This document shows positions 20,094-29,270 of a stretch of DNA of 64,000 nucleotides, one piece after another (positions within the stretch are counted from its first letter, which is position 1; the number at the start of each line of letters is the position of its first letter). The DNA is from an uncultured Gemmatimonadaceae bacterium (GTDB lineage Bacteria; Gemmatimonadota; Gemmatimonadetes; Gemmatimonadales; Gemmatimonadaceae): assembly GCA_963790305.1 (NCBI GenBank), contig CAWBOC010000007.1:64001-128000 (forward strand), written 5' to 3'. The position numbers and the translations under genes are program-made. The notes under the pieces are model-generated. The model had not been told where the DNA came from. It saw nothing but the letters and a program-made list of their open reading frames with translations, and made no database searches.

Positions 20094-20699
20094 ATGAGTT
20101 TCCAGGACTTCGGCATTCGGCGCGGGATTGCGGTCGCGCTTCTTTCGACCGCAAGCGCCTCTGTCGCGCTCGCGCAGACGCCCGCCACACCCGTGGCCGC
20201 CGTGCCGACCGTTGGGTCGATCGCGCCCGATTTCACGCTCCCTGGCGCGACGCGCTACGGACTGCTCGCGTCGCCGGTGAAGCTCAGCGATTTCCGTGGC
20301 AAGACGGTCGTGATCGCTTTTTTTTACCAGGCGCGAACGAAGGGCTGAACTGTCCAAATGGAAGCGTACCGTGATCAGTACGCCACGCTCTTCAACGCCG
20401 GAAACGACGTAGTCGTCATCGGCATTAGCGCCGATGCCGATACCACGCTCGCCGCGTGGGCACGCGAATCGGACTTTCCAATGGTGTTCGCGAGCGACGT
20501 CGGCAACGAGGCCGGACGTCGCTATGGCTCGTTCGACGCTGCCCGCAAGCTCGACACGCGCAACCTGTTCGTGGTATCGCCCGAGGGACGGATCGCCCAC
20601 GTCATGCTGTCGTTCAAAGTGTTGTCACCTGACGCCTACACGGAGCTCGGGACTGCGGTTGACAAAAGCGCTGGCGTTGACGACTCCGCGCACAAGTAG
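20094..20699 (+). CDS. Exported BCP/AhpC-TSA peroxiredoxin with in-frame UGA (probable selenocysteine)
   Basis: ORFs 20067-20348 and 20358-20699 are in the same frame and join as ...APDFTL..LSDFRGKTVVIAFFYQARTKG-UGA-TVQMEAYRDQY..VIGISAD. The UGA aligns with the peroxidatic Cys of BCP (TPGCT). N-terminal signal peptide (ALA-Q). Confidence 0.85.
20361..20393 (+). promoter_or_regulatory. Candidate bacterial SECIS hairpin
   Basis: Stem GCGTAC (20364-69)/GTACGC (20378-83) with loop CGTGATCA starting 22 nt after the UGA; possible lower pairing of GAA with TTC (20391-93). Confidence 0.6.
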
Positions 20700-20732
20700 C
20701 CGTTCGGCACACAACGGTCTCGCACCATCCCA

Positions 20733-21648
20733 GTGACGGCTCCGTTCACCCTCGGCGTCATCCAGCAGCGGGTGGCCGTCGACGCCGAGGCGACCGTCGC
20801 GGAGGCGATCGAGGACATCCGCGAGGCGGCGCGGCGCGGCGCGCAGGTGATTCTGCCTCCAGGAGCTCTTCAACGCACCGTACTTCTGCAAAGTGACGGA
20901 CGCGGAGCGCTTCGATCTCGCCGAGCCGATTCCCGGGCCCGACGGTGGAGCGGATGCAGGCGCTGGCGCGCGAGCTCGCCCTCGTGATCGTCGTCCCGAT
21001 CTTCGAGAAGCGAGCGGCCGGCGTCTACCACAACTCGGCCGCCGTCATCGACGCCGACGGCTCGCTCATCGGCGTGTATCGCAAGATGCACATCCCCGAC
21101 GATCCGCTCTACCACGAGAAGTACTACTTCACACCGGGAGAGATCTACCAGCACGGCGAAACCGCGACCGTGCAGACGGGCTTTCGCGTCTTCGACGACG
21201 CGTTATGCGACGCATCGGCGTGCTGATCTGCTGGGACCAGTGGTACCCGGAGGCCGCGCGCATCACCGCGCTCATGGGCGCGCAGGTCCTCCTCTATCCG
21301 ACGGCGATCGGGTGGCATCCGAAGGAGAAGGACGAGTGGGGGACGGCGCAGGCCGACGCGTGGCGCACGATTCAGCGCGCGCACGCGATCGCGAACGGCG
21401 TGTACGTCGCCGCGGCCAACCGCGTGGGGCACGAGCCGGAGCCGGGCACCGACGGGATCGAGTTCTTCGGCCACTCGTTCGTCGCCGACCCGTTCGGCCG
21501 CATGATCGCGGAGGCAGGCACCGAGCCGGCCATCCTGATCGCGGAGTGCGACCCGAAGCTGATCGAGTACACGCGACGGAACTGGCCTTTTCTGCGAGAC
21601 CGCCGGATCGACGCGTACGGTCCGATCCTGCAGCGGTACATCGGGTGA
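20733..21648 (+). CDS. aguB: N-carbamoylputrescine amidase (carbon-nitrogen hydrolase); split by about 4 single-base insertions
   Basis: Across frames: QELFNAPYFC, YRKMHIPDDPLYHEKYYFTPG, ICWDQWYPE, PTAIGW, WPFLRDRR; insertions near 20852, 20940 and 21197-21212. Confidence 0.85.
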
Positions 21649-21658
21649 AAGATCAACG

Positions 21659-21759
21659 TCCGAAGACGTCAGGTGTCAGCGGTCAGGCGACGTCATCGCG
21701 CAGATGCCGTTGCCGTTTCTGATACCTGACACCTGACGTCTGACCCTGACGTCTTCGGA
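21659..21759. repeat. Palindromic element with TCAG-based heptamer units
   Basis: Perfect 15-bp terminal inverted repeat TCCGAAGACGTCAGG / CCTGACGTCTTCGGA; inner CTGAC units. Confidence 0.85.
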
Positions 21760-21761
21760 AG

Positions 21762-22865
21762 TTGCCCCTGCCATTGTCTACCAGATCTCAGAGAACGTGG
21801 CCCGCCGAGTGGGAACCCCACGCCGCGACGTGGCTCGGTTGGCCCCACCACGCGCCCGATTGGCCCGGCAAGTTCGAGCCGATCCGCTGGGTCTACGCCG
21901 AGATCGTGCGCGCACTTCACGGCTACGAGCCCGTCGAGATTCTCTGCCACTCGAGGAGATTCAGGAGCAGGCGCGGCGCCGCGCTGCGCTCCCACGGCGT
22001 TAGGCTCGACCGGTGCCGGCTGCATGTCGTTCCCAGCGATCGGGTTTGGCTTCGCGACTCGGGGCCGACCATGGTCTGGCGCGAGGACGGGAGCGTCGAA
22101 GCCGTGTGCTGGCGCTTCAACGCCTGGGCCAAGTACGACAACTACCGTGCGGACGCGCTGGTCGCGCCGGCGGTGGCGCGCCTCGCGCGAATTCCCGCCG
22201 CCGAAGCCGTTCGTCCCGACGACGGAAGCCGTCTCGTGCTCGAAGGCGGAGCGCATCGACACGAACGGCGCGGGCGTGCTGCTCGACGACGGAGGAGTGT
22301 CTCCTCTCGACGGTTCAGGAGCGTAACCCCGGACTCGATCGCGCTGGATACGAGCGCGCCTTCCGCGACTACCTGGGCATCCGACACGCACGATCTGGCT
22401 CGGCGAAGGGTGCGTCGGTGACGACACGCACGGGCACGTGGACGACATCGCGCGCTTCGTCGCGCCGAACACCGTCGTCCTCGCCTTCGAGGCCGATCCC
22501 GCCGACGCGAACCACGAGCGCTCCGTCGACAACCGCCGGCGACTCGAGCACGCCGCGCGACAGGTCGAGGGCGGCCTGCAGATCGTCGATCTTCCGTATC
22601 CCGCGTGCCGTCATCATGGACGGCGAGCGACTGCCGGCGAGCTACGCCAACTTCTACATCGCGAACGGCGTCGTGCTCGTCCCGACGTTCAACGACGTGA
22701 ACGATCGCATCGCGCTCGGCATTCTCGCCGAGCTGCTTTCCCGATCGCGACGTGATCGGGATCCACGCCGTGGATCTCGTATGGGGACTCGGCACCCTGC
22801 ACTGCCTGACCCAGCAGCAGCCGGCCGCTCAGGGCCCCTTTCAGCGAATCCCCGGCACCCCCTGA
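21762..22865 (+). CDS. aguA: Agmatine/peptidyl-arginine deiminase; split by several single-base insertions
   Basis: [61 protein letters not shown]. Confidence 0.88.
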
Positions 22866-23524
22866 TCCCTGACTCCCGACTCCTGACCCCTTCGCAGTAA
22901 CTCCATCACTTCCTCGTCCGTCGTCTGCGCGAAGTCATGGTACCACGCCCCAACGCCGAAGAAGCGGTCGGGGATCGCGACGCAGACGACGTCGTCCGCC
23001 TGACGAGCGACCGCCTGCGCGCCCTCGGGCGAGCACACCGGGGCCGCCAGGACGAGGCGGCGCGGGCGCTGAAGACGCAGCGCCGTCAGTGAGGCCAGCG
23101 CAGTCACTCCCGTGGCCAGACCGTCATCCACCAGCACTACCGATCGTCCCTCGATGCGCGGGGGAGGACGATCTCCGCGAAAGCAGCGGAGCCGTCGCTC
23201 GAGCTCAGCCAGCTCCTTCCGCGTGACCTCCTCGATGTACGAGTCGCTCACGCCGAGCATCCGGATCGCCTCGGCATCGAGGAACCGGGTTCCGCCAGGC
23301 GCAACCGCACCGATCCCCAGCTCCTCATGTCCGGGCGCACCGAGCTTCCGCGCGATGAAGAGGTCGAGTGGTGCGTCGATGGATCGCGCGACCTCGTAGC
23401 CTACCGGAACGCCGCCGCGCGGGATCGCGAGCACAAGCGGATCTTCGTCCCGGATTTGGGGCAGCCGTCGCACCAGCTCCGAGCCCAGGCGCCTCCCCGC
23501 CTCCACACGATTCGGAAACAGCAT
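22841..23524 (-). CDS. Phosphoribosyltransferase-family protein
   Basis: [51 protein letters not shown]. Confidence 0.92.
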   Translation of the reverse strand: MLFPNRVEAGRRLGSELVRRLPQIRDEDPLVLAIPRGGVPVGYEVARSIDAPLDLFIARKLGAPGHEELGIGAVAPGGTRFLDAEAIRMLGVSDSYIEEVTRKELAELERRLRCFRGDRPPPRIEGRSVVLVDDGLATGVTALASLTALRLQRPRRLVLAAPVCSPEGAQAVARQADDVVCVAIPDRFFGVGAWYHDFAQTTDEEVMELLRRGQESGVRDQGVPGIR

Positions 23525-24189
23525 CAGTCGCCTTTGCCCAGGTACTTCGCGAACCAGGAGGACGCCAATCGCGATACGACCTCGAGCGTCCCCGGCTCCT
23601 CGAAGAGATGCGAGGCACCGGGTACGATCTCGAGCTTCTTCGCGCACCGCAGCTGAGCGAGCGCATCCTCGTTGAGCGGGATGACCGGCACATCGCGGCT
23701 ACCGACGATGAGAAGGGTCGGCGCCTTCACGTCGGCGAGATGCTCTCCCGCCAAATCAGGGCGGCCGCCACGCGAGACGACCGCGGCGACGTGGTCGGGC
23801 AGCTCCGCCGCCGCAACGAGCGCCGCAGCAGCGCCCGTGCTGGCGCCGAAGTATCCCACGTCGAGCGATCGCGTTTCCGCGGTCTCCGCGAGCCACGTTG
23901 TCGCTGTCTCGAGACGCTTCGCGAGAAAGGCGATGTCGAACCGTAGCTGTCCGGTCCCGGCATCAACACGTTCCTCCTCTTCGCTGAGGAGATCGATGAG
24001 AAGCGTCGCCAGCCCGGCATCCTGAAGCGACCGCGCGACGAAGTTGTTCCGCGAGCTGAGGCGCCCGCTACCACTCCCGTGCGCGAACAGCACCACGCCG
24101 CGCGCACCTTTCGGAACGCCGAGGAGGCCTCGTAACGTCACCGAGTCACTCGCAACCGTCACGTCACGCCCGCTCACCACTGCCGCCAT
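23524..24189 (-). CDS. Dienelactone-hydrolase-like alpha/beta hydrolase
   Basis: FAHGSGS, GYFGASTG, VSRGGRPDLA, PGASHLFEE. Confidence 0.9.
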   Translation of the reverse strand: MAAVVSGRDVTVASDSVTLRGLLGVPKGARGVVLFAHGSGSGRLSSRNNFVARSLQDAGLATLLIDLLSEEEERVDAGTGQLRFDIAFLAKRLETATTWLAETAETRSLDVGYFGASTGAAAALVAAAELPDHVAAVVSRGGRPDLAGEHLADVKAPTLLIVGSRDVPVIPLNEDALAQLRCAKKLEIVPGASHLFEEPGTLEVVSRLASSWFAKYLGKGD

Positions 24190-24221
24190 GTCACCATCCT
24201 CAGGCCAGATGAGCTATGCGC

Positions 24222-24237
24222 CGCAAGGCGGGTGCCG
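24222..24237 (-). promoter_or_regulatory. Candidate sigma54 promoter
   Basis: CGGCACCCGCCTTGCG, 33 nt above ATG 24189. Confidence 0.5.
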
Positions 24238-25182
24238 TCATGGGCTGCGGCGCGCCTCCGCAGGGCTGCTCAGAATTGGCAGTCGCGCGAGCGCGGTATC
24301 GACCAGCGCACGGATGAGGACACTGTCCGTGGGCAGCAGGTGACCGGTGCGAAGCCAGATGAGCGTCTTGGGCTCGCGCGCTGCGTCGTAGAGTGATTCC
24401 ACCGCATCCCGCGGCATTTGCGGGTCGTCGACGCCGTTGATCATCAGCACCGGTCTCGGCGCAATCAGCGCGACATGGCGCTCCGGCTCGAATTCGCGAA
24501 ACGCTCGTGTCGCGAGCCATGCCGCCGGACGACGGAGAAATCGCGGCCGAAGCGTGACGTTGGCCGCCATGACCGTCGCGAAATCGCCCGCGCCGTAGAT
24601 CAAGCCGACATCGCGGAACCGCGAATCCATGACCGCCGCGATCGTCGCGAACGGCACCGCGAACGACGTGGCAACGATCCCTACGCGAGCCGCGTCGACG
24701 TCCTCGCGCAGCGACAGCCACTCTCCGGCCAGCGAAAAGGACGCCGGGATGAGGCGCGCTGCCTTTCGAATCGTGCCGCCGTTGAACACCAGGTCCTTCA
24801 CGCCAACGGTGTACGGAATCGCCTCCGGATAATCGACCGACAGCACGACGACATCGCCGAACTCGGGCGGCAGGTAATCGATGGCGCTCGAATTCAGCTC
24901 ACGCCCGTCGTTGAGCAGAATCGCTGGGCCTCGCGTGGGCGACGCTGGTCGCAGCAAGCGGCCCGTCACCTCGAGGCCAGTCGAGCTGAGAAGGCGCACG
25001 CGCTCGAGCGCGTATCGCCCACGCGAGCCGGCGGATGTCGTCTCCGCCGCAACGAGCCGCCCTCGCAGGAGCATGTAGTCGTCGTACTGCCGCGCCGCAT
25101 CGGCACGACCGCAGGCGAGGAGTGAAAGGAGCAACAACGCGCTCGTCGCCACGGACCTTCCGTTCACGGACACAACGATCAT
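24238..25182 (-). CDS. Alpha/beta-hydrolase-fold lipoprotein
   Basis: Lipobox LLAC; RVGIVATSFA nucleophile region; LMINGVDD; LRTGH. Confidence 0.75.
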   Translation of the reverse strand: MIVVSVNGRSVATSALLLLSLLACGRADAARQYDDYMLLRGRLVAAETTSAGSRGRYALERVRLLSSTGLEVTGRLLRPASPTRGPAILLNDGRELNSSAIDYLPPEFGDVVVLSVDYPEAIPYTVGVKDLVFNGGTIRKAARLIPASFSLAGEWLSLREDVDAARVGIVATSFAVPFATIAAVMDSRFRDVGLIYGAGDFATVMAANVTLRPRFLRRPAAWLATRAFREFEPERHVALIAPRPVLMINGVDDPQMPRDAVESLYDAAREPKTLIWLRTGHLLPTDSVLIRALVDTALARLPILSSPAEARRSP

Positions 25183-25207
25183 TCGTGTCTCTCCCGCCAT
25201 CGGTCTG

Positions 25208-25223
25208 GGGCGTATTCTTTGCA
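25208..25223 (+). promoter_or_regulatory. Candidate sigma54 promoter
   Basis: GGGCGTATTCTTTGCA, 32 nt above GTG 25255. Confidence 0.45.
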
Positions 25224-25254
25224 TACTCAGCGCCGCGGCCGCGAGGAGAACGTC

Positions 25255-25626
25255 GTGAAGATTCTGCTGTTGTCCGAGGAGCGCATTCGTCTCGAGGGAA
25301 CCCCGGGTCCGTTGACCATCGAGGCCGACCGTCCCGACGCGCAGTACTCGCCCTTTCACATGCTCGCCAGCGCTCTGGCGATGTGCGTCCTCTCCGTGCT
25401 CGCCTCATGGGCGGAGCACGCCAAGCTCGACGCGTCAGGACTCACGCTCGAAGTCGACTGGCGCTTCGCCGAGAAACCGCACCGCGTCGGCGAAATGGAT
25501 CTGAAGATCATCTGGCCGCAGCTACCTCCCGAACGGCGCGCCGCCGCGGAACGGGCCGCGCATCTCTGCGCGATTCATAACACGCTCGCGAACGCCCCGA
25601 CGGTGTCGACGGAGATCGCCTCATGA
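25255..25626 (+). CDS. OsmC/Ohr-family protein
   Basis: SPFHMLASALAMC ... CAIHNTL two-Cys pattern; GAGGAG RBS. Confidence 0.85.
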   Translation: MKILLLSEERIRLEGTPGPLTIEADRPDAQYSPFHMLASALAMCVLSVLASWAEHAKLDASGLTLEVDWRFAEKPHRVGEMDLKIIWPQLPPERRAAAERAAHLCAIHNTLANAPTVSTEIAS

Positions 25627-26096
25627 CGACGACCGCACGAACGTATCCAGTTGTCCGATTCGTTTTTGCCGGACAGTCGAGCGACTGCGGAGGCGAAGGC
25701 CGCCCGTGGACGCTGGTCTACGACGGCAACTGCAAAGTGTGCGGCCGGCTCGTGCGGCTGCTCGAGAAGTGGGACCGCCGCAAGAAAATCGAGATCGTTC
25801 CGTCGCAGAACACGTGCGTCCACGCGCGCTTTCCCTGGATTCCCGCCGAAGCGTACGCCGACGCAGTTCAGCTCGTCGGGCCCGGCGGCCGCACGTCGCA
25901 GGGCGCACAGGCCATCGAGGATCTCCTCGGCATCCTTCCCAGCGGCTGGCTCCTCGGCTGGGTGTTCAAGCTTCCGTTCGTCGGCAAGCTCGCCGACAGG
26001 TTTTATCGGTGGTTCGCTCGCAACCGTTATCGCTTCGGCTGCGGCGAGCACTGTCAGCTTCGCCCCGAGCAGCTCGACTACGGCGACGTCCGCTGA
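25623..26096 (+). CDS. DCC1-like thiol-disulfide oxidoreductase (DUF393)
   Basis: YDGNCKVC (DxxCxxC) and YRWFARNRYRF; ATGA overlap. Confidence 0.9.
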   Translation: MTTTARTYPVVRFVFAGQSSDCGGEGRPWTLVYDGNCKVCGRLVRLLEKWDRRKKIEIVPSQNTCVHARFPWIPAEAYADAVQLVGPGGRTSQGAQAIEDLLGILPSGWLLGWVFKLPFVGKLADRFYRWFARNRYRFGCGEHCQLRPEQLDYGDVR

Positions 26097-27594
26097 GCCT
26101 CCTCGGCGCGACGCTCGGCCATCACCAGCGCTTCCGCCCACTGCTCGACCAGCTCTGCCTCTTCGCCCTCGAGCACTTCGTCCGTATGCTGCACGCCGTC
26201 GAGGGCGCGTCCGTCGCTCTCATCGATCACGCGCTGCACGACCGCGCGCCACGTCGCATCCTTGAGCAGGTCCCCGATGATGGCGAGCATCACCGCGTCC
26301 AGGAGCGACCCGGCGCGGTCGAAGGTCTGCACCTCGAAGCGCACGATGTTCTCCTCGCGGTCCTCGGTGACGAAGCGGATCGCCGCGGCGAGTGGATGTC
26401 CCTCGACCGTCACCAGCGTCATCCATCGCTCATCGACCTCGAGCACGCGTACCTGAACGTTGCCGCGGAGCGGGAGTCCAAGCGTGAGCGTCTCTCCCTC
26501 GTCAGGCACGCACGGCGTGCCATGCTCCACACCGACTTCAATCGCCGCTTCCGGCATGAACGTCTTGAACTCGGTGCGAAAACGCTCGAACAGCGCGGTC
26601 GCGGTGAGCGAGCATTCGGCGATGTCTGCCCAGTAGCGGCGCCGGTGGAGTCGACCAGTGCCTTCGGCCGGCGTCTGCTCGGGAAGCTCATCGGCAAGGC
26701 GACGAAGCCCGTCGTCGAGCGGAGTCGGCGTGATCTTGAACGTGCGTCACCAGCGCGTTCGCCTGCCCGGGCGAGATGACGTTCTCCTCGACAAGCATTC
26801 TGCAGCTGATCGACGTTGACTGGTAGGTCGAGACCGAACGCGCCCGCGACGCGCGTGCCCGCCTCGGCGAGCCACGACGGGAGCGGAATGCGAAGCGGAG
26901 TCTTCTCGGTGATCCGGCCGAGGCGATCGAGGATATCGTTTATCGACGTACGCTCAGCGCCGGCCAACTCGAGCGTGGTTCGCGAGAGATCCGGGCGCGC
27001 CACAGCGGCCGCGATCGCTTCCCCGAGATCCTCGGCGAAAATCGGCTGGAAGGGCTGGTCGCCGCCACCGATCACCGGAATAGCCGGGAGCGTCCGAACC
27101 ACCTTCAGCAGCAGCGAGATCACGTCGTCGCCAGGCCCGTAGACGTTGCCGGGGCGCAGTACGAGCCACCCACCGCGAAACTGCCTGACGAGATCCTCGG
27201 CGGCACGTTTGGAACGGTGATAGTTGGAGGACCCTCGATCGGCGCCGAGCGAGGATATGTAGATGAAGCGACCCACGCCCGCGCGCTCGGCCTCGCGCAG
27301 CACGTTCTGCGTTCCGTCGACGTTGACACGCTGGAAAGTGACCTCCGGCGGCTCTTCGTCGACGATACCGGCCACATGTACCACCGCGTCGCATCCGTCC
27401 GCCGAGCCGCGCAACGACGCAGCGTCATCGACGCTGCCGGCGCATGCCACCACCCCGCGCGGCCATCGCTCGACATCGCGTTCCGCATTGCGGCTGCAGA
27501 GGCGCACCTCGTGACCGCGGGTGACGAGAGAACGAACGGTCGCGGTTCCGACCACTCCTGTTCCACCGGTAACCAGTACTCGCATCCGTTCCAT
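26078..27594 (-). CDS. NAD(P)-binding atypical SDR (NDUFA9-like) with an extra C-terminal domain; split by 2 insertions
   Basis: TGGTGVVG, YHRSK, RPGNVYG, FQPI; reading continues into ORF 26078-26557 (TVEGHPLAAAIRF) if single bases near 26800 and 26747 are removed. Confidence 0.8.
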
Positions 27595-29100
27595 CTATGC
27601 CACCGCCGCTCGCTCAGTTGTCGCCCGCTCCCGCTCCCCTTCCCAACGCTCCATCGCATCGCACGAATCGCAGTTGCCGCATGCCCAGTCCGGCGCCACT
27701 TCTTCACCGAAGTACTCGAGGATATAGCGCGTTCGACATTCGGTGGTCTGACAGTAGCGAACGATCGCGCGAAGCTTTGCCTGATCCATGGCCCGCCGTT
27801 CCTCGTAATCGTGCAGGTCCTCGCTGAGGTTGACCGATGTGAGCTGACTGCCCAGCCGCTCCCAGCTGCCGCCGCGATGCTCCCGCACGAGCCCGTGACG
27901 CTTCAGCAGCGCGAGAACGATCCGCGCCTTGCGCGATGGGACATCGGCCTGATTCGCGAGATCGGTGAGCGGAACCGGCGTCAACAGCGGATGCTGCTCC
28001 AGACAGATCGCGACGCGCGCCGCCTCCTCGATCTCCGGGTATTTGCCGCCGAGGAAGTACGACTGGACGCGGCGATCTTCGACGCGGTAGAGGAGCGCGC
28101 ACGTCGCCGGCTGTCCATCGCGTCCCGCGCGACCCGCTTCCTGATAGTACGCTTCGATCGAGCCCGGAAAGTGATAGTGGAGCACGAAGCGAATGTCCTG
28201 CTTGTCGATGCCGAGTCCGAAGGCGTTGGTCGCGATCATGACGCCGAGGTCGCCGCTCATGAACCGGTCCTGCGTTTCCTTGCGGTCGGTCGGCGCCATC
28301 TTGCCATGGTACAACCCGACGGGATGGTCGTGACGGAGTCGCTCGTACAGGCGCTCCGCTTCCCGAATCGTGGCGGTGTAGATGACGCCGTCGCCCTCGC
28401 GCTCGCGCAGGCTCCGCTCCACCTCCTCGTCCTTCACTACCGCGTTCACCGTGCGCCGGATCTCGAATCGGAGATTCGGGCGTGCAAAGCCGGTAATCGT
28501 CAGGTGCGGATCGTTCATCTCGAGCTGACGAGCGATATCGCGGCGGACCTCGGCCGTCGCCGTGGCCGTGAGCGCCAGCACGGGCGGCCGCCCCAGCCGA
28601 CGCGCGACCGAGCCTAACGTGAGGTAGTCGGGCCGGAAATCGTGACCCCACTGGGAGACGCAGTGTGCTTCGTCGACGACGAACAGACTCACGCGACGCT
28701 CCAGGAGCCGCTCGAAGAATTCGCGGTCTTTGAAGCGCTCAGGGGTGAGATAGAGAATCGCGCCCTCACCGCTGCCCACGCGCTCGTGGATGTTCCGAGC
28801 CTGCGTATCGGTGAGGTGCGAGTGCATGGCGATGACGTCGACGCCGCATGCATTCAGCTTGTCCTGCTGGTCCTTCATCAGGGCGATGAGGGGAGTCACC
28901 ACCACGGTGAGCCCCTCGAGCATCAACGCCGGGAGCTGATAAATGAGCGATTTCCCGCTGCCGGTGGGCATGACGACAATGGCGTCGCGCCCCGCGAGCA
29001 GGGCTCGCATCGGCTCCCACTGGCCTGGCTGGAAATCGGCGTGCCCAAATTGCTCGCGCATGAGGGACTGCGCGCGAGCTTCGAGTTGGCGGTGCGGCAT
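27595..29100 (-). CDS. recQ: RecQ-family ATP-dependent DNA helicase (no HRDC domain)
   Basis: [43 protein letters not shown]...YFGE...CGNCDSC. Confidence 0.95.
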   Translation of the reverse strand: MPHRQLEARAQSLMREQFGHADFQPGQWEPMRALLAGRDAIVVMPTGSGKSLIYQLPALMLEGLTVVVTPLIALMKDQQDKLNACGVDVIAMHSHLTDTQARNIHERVGSGEGAILYLTPERFKDREFFERLLERRVSLFVVDEAHCVSQWGHDFRPDYLTLGSVARRLGRPPVLALTATATAEVRRDIARQLEMNDPHLTITGFARPNLRFEIRRTVNAVVKDEEVERSLREREGDGVIYTATIREAERLYERLRHDHPVGLYHGKMAPTDRKETQDRFMSGDLGVMIATNAFGLGIDKQDIRFVLHYHFPGSIEAYYQEAGRAGRDGQPATCALLYRVEDRRVQSYFLGGKYPEIEEAARVAICLEQHPLLTPVPLTDLANQADVPSRKARIVLALLKRHGLVREHRGGSWERLGSQLTSVNLSEDLHDYEERRAMDQAKLRAIVRYCQTTECRTRYILEYFGEEVAPDWACGNCDSCDAMERWEGERERATTERAAVA

Positions 29101-29113
29101 GGGGGGACGCAGT

Positions 29114-29129
29114 GGCAGGAACGGGGCCA
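29114..29129 (-). promoter_or_regulatory. Candidate sigma54 promoter (would give a near-leaderless recQ mRNA)
   Basis: TGGCCCCGTTCCTGCC ending 14 nt above ATG 29100; no obvious RBS. Confidence 0.35.
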
Positions 29130-29138
29130 GATCCGCCA

Positions 29139-29264
29139 GGGGTCAGGAGTCAGGAGTCAGGGATCAGGGGGGATCAGGGCGAAGGTTCAAGGAGAACGGC
29201 TCGCACGCTCCTATAACCTCGTCCCCGACACCCCCTGATCCCTGACTCCTGACTCCTGACTCCC
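29139..29264. repeat. ~125-bp palindromic element with TCAGGAG arms (copy 2, opposite orientation)
   Basis: Reverse complement matches 14870-14992 in both arms and in the inner GAGGTTxxAGGAG...CTCCTxGAACCTTC stem. Confidence 0.92.
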
Positions 29265-29270
29265 AGCCTC

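Noticed and set aside
20733..22865. Programmed ribosomal frameshifting or true pseudogenes in aguB/aguA and other split genes
   Set aside because: Multiple scattered +1 insertions with no slippery heptamers and intact catalytic motifs fit sequencing error better.
26078..27594. NDUFA9-like SDR as the ceramide reductase CerR of the lipid cluster
   Set aside because: It lies about 9 kb away, is coupled to recQ and carries an extra domain; the family is widespread, so no specific link is supported.
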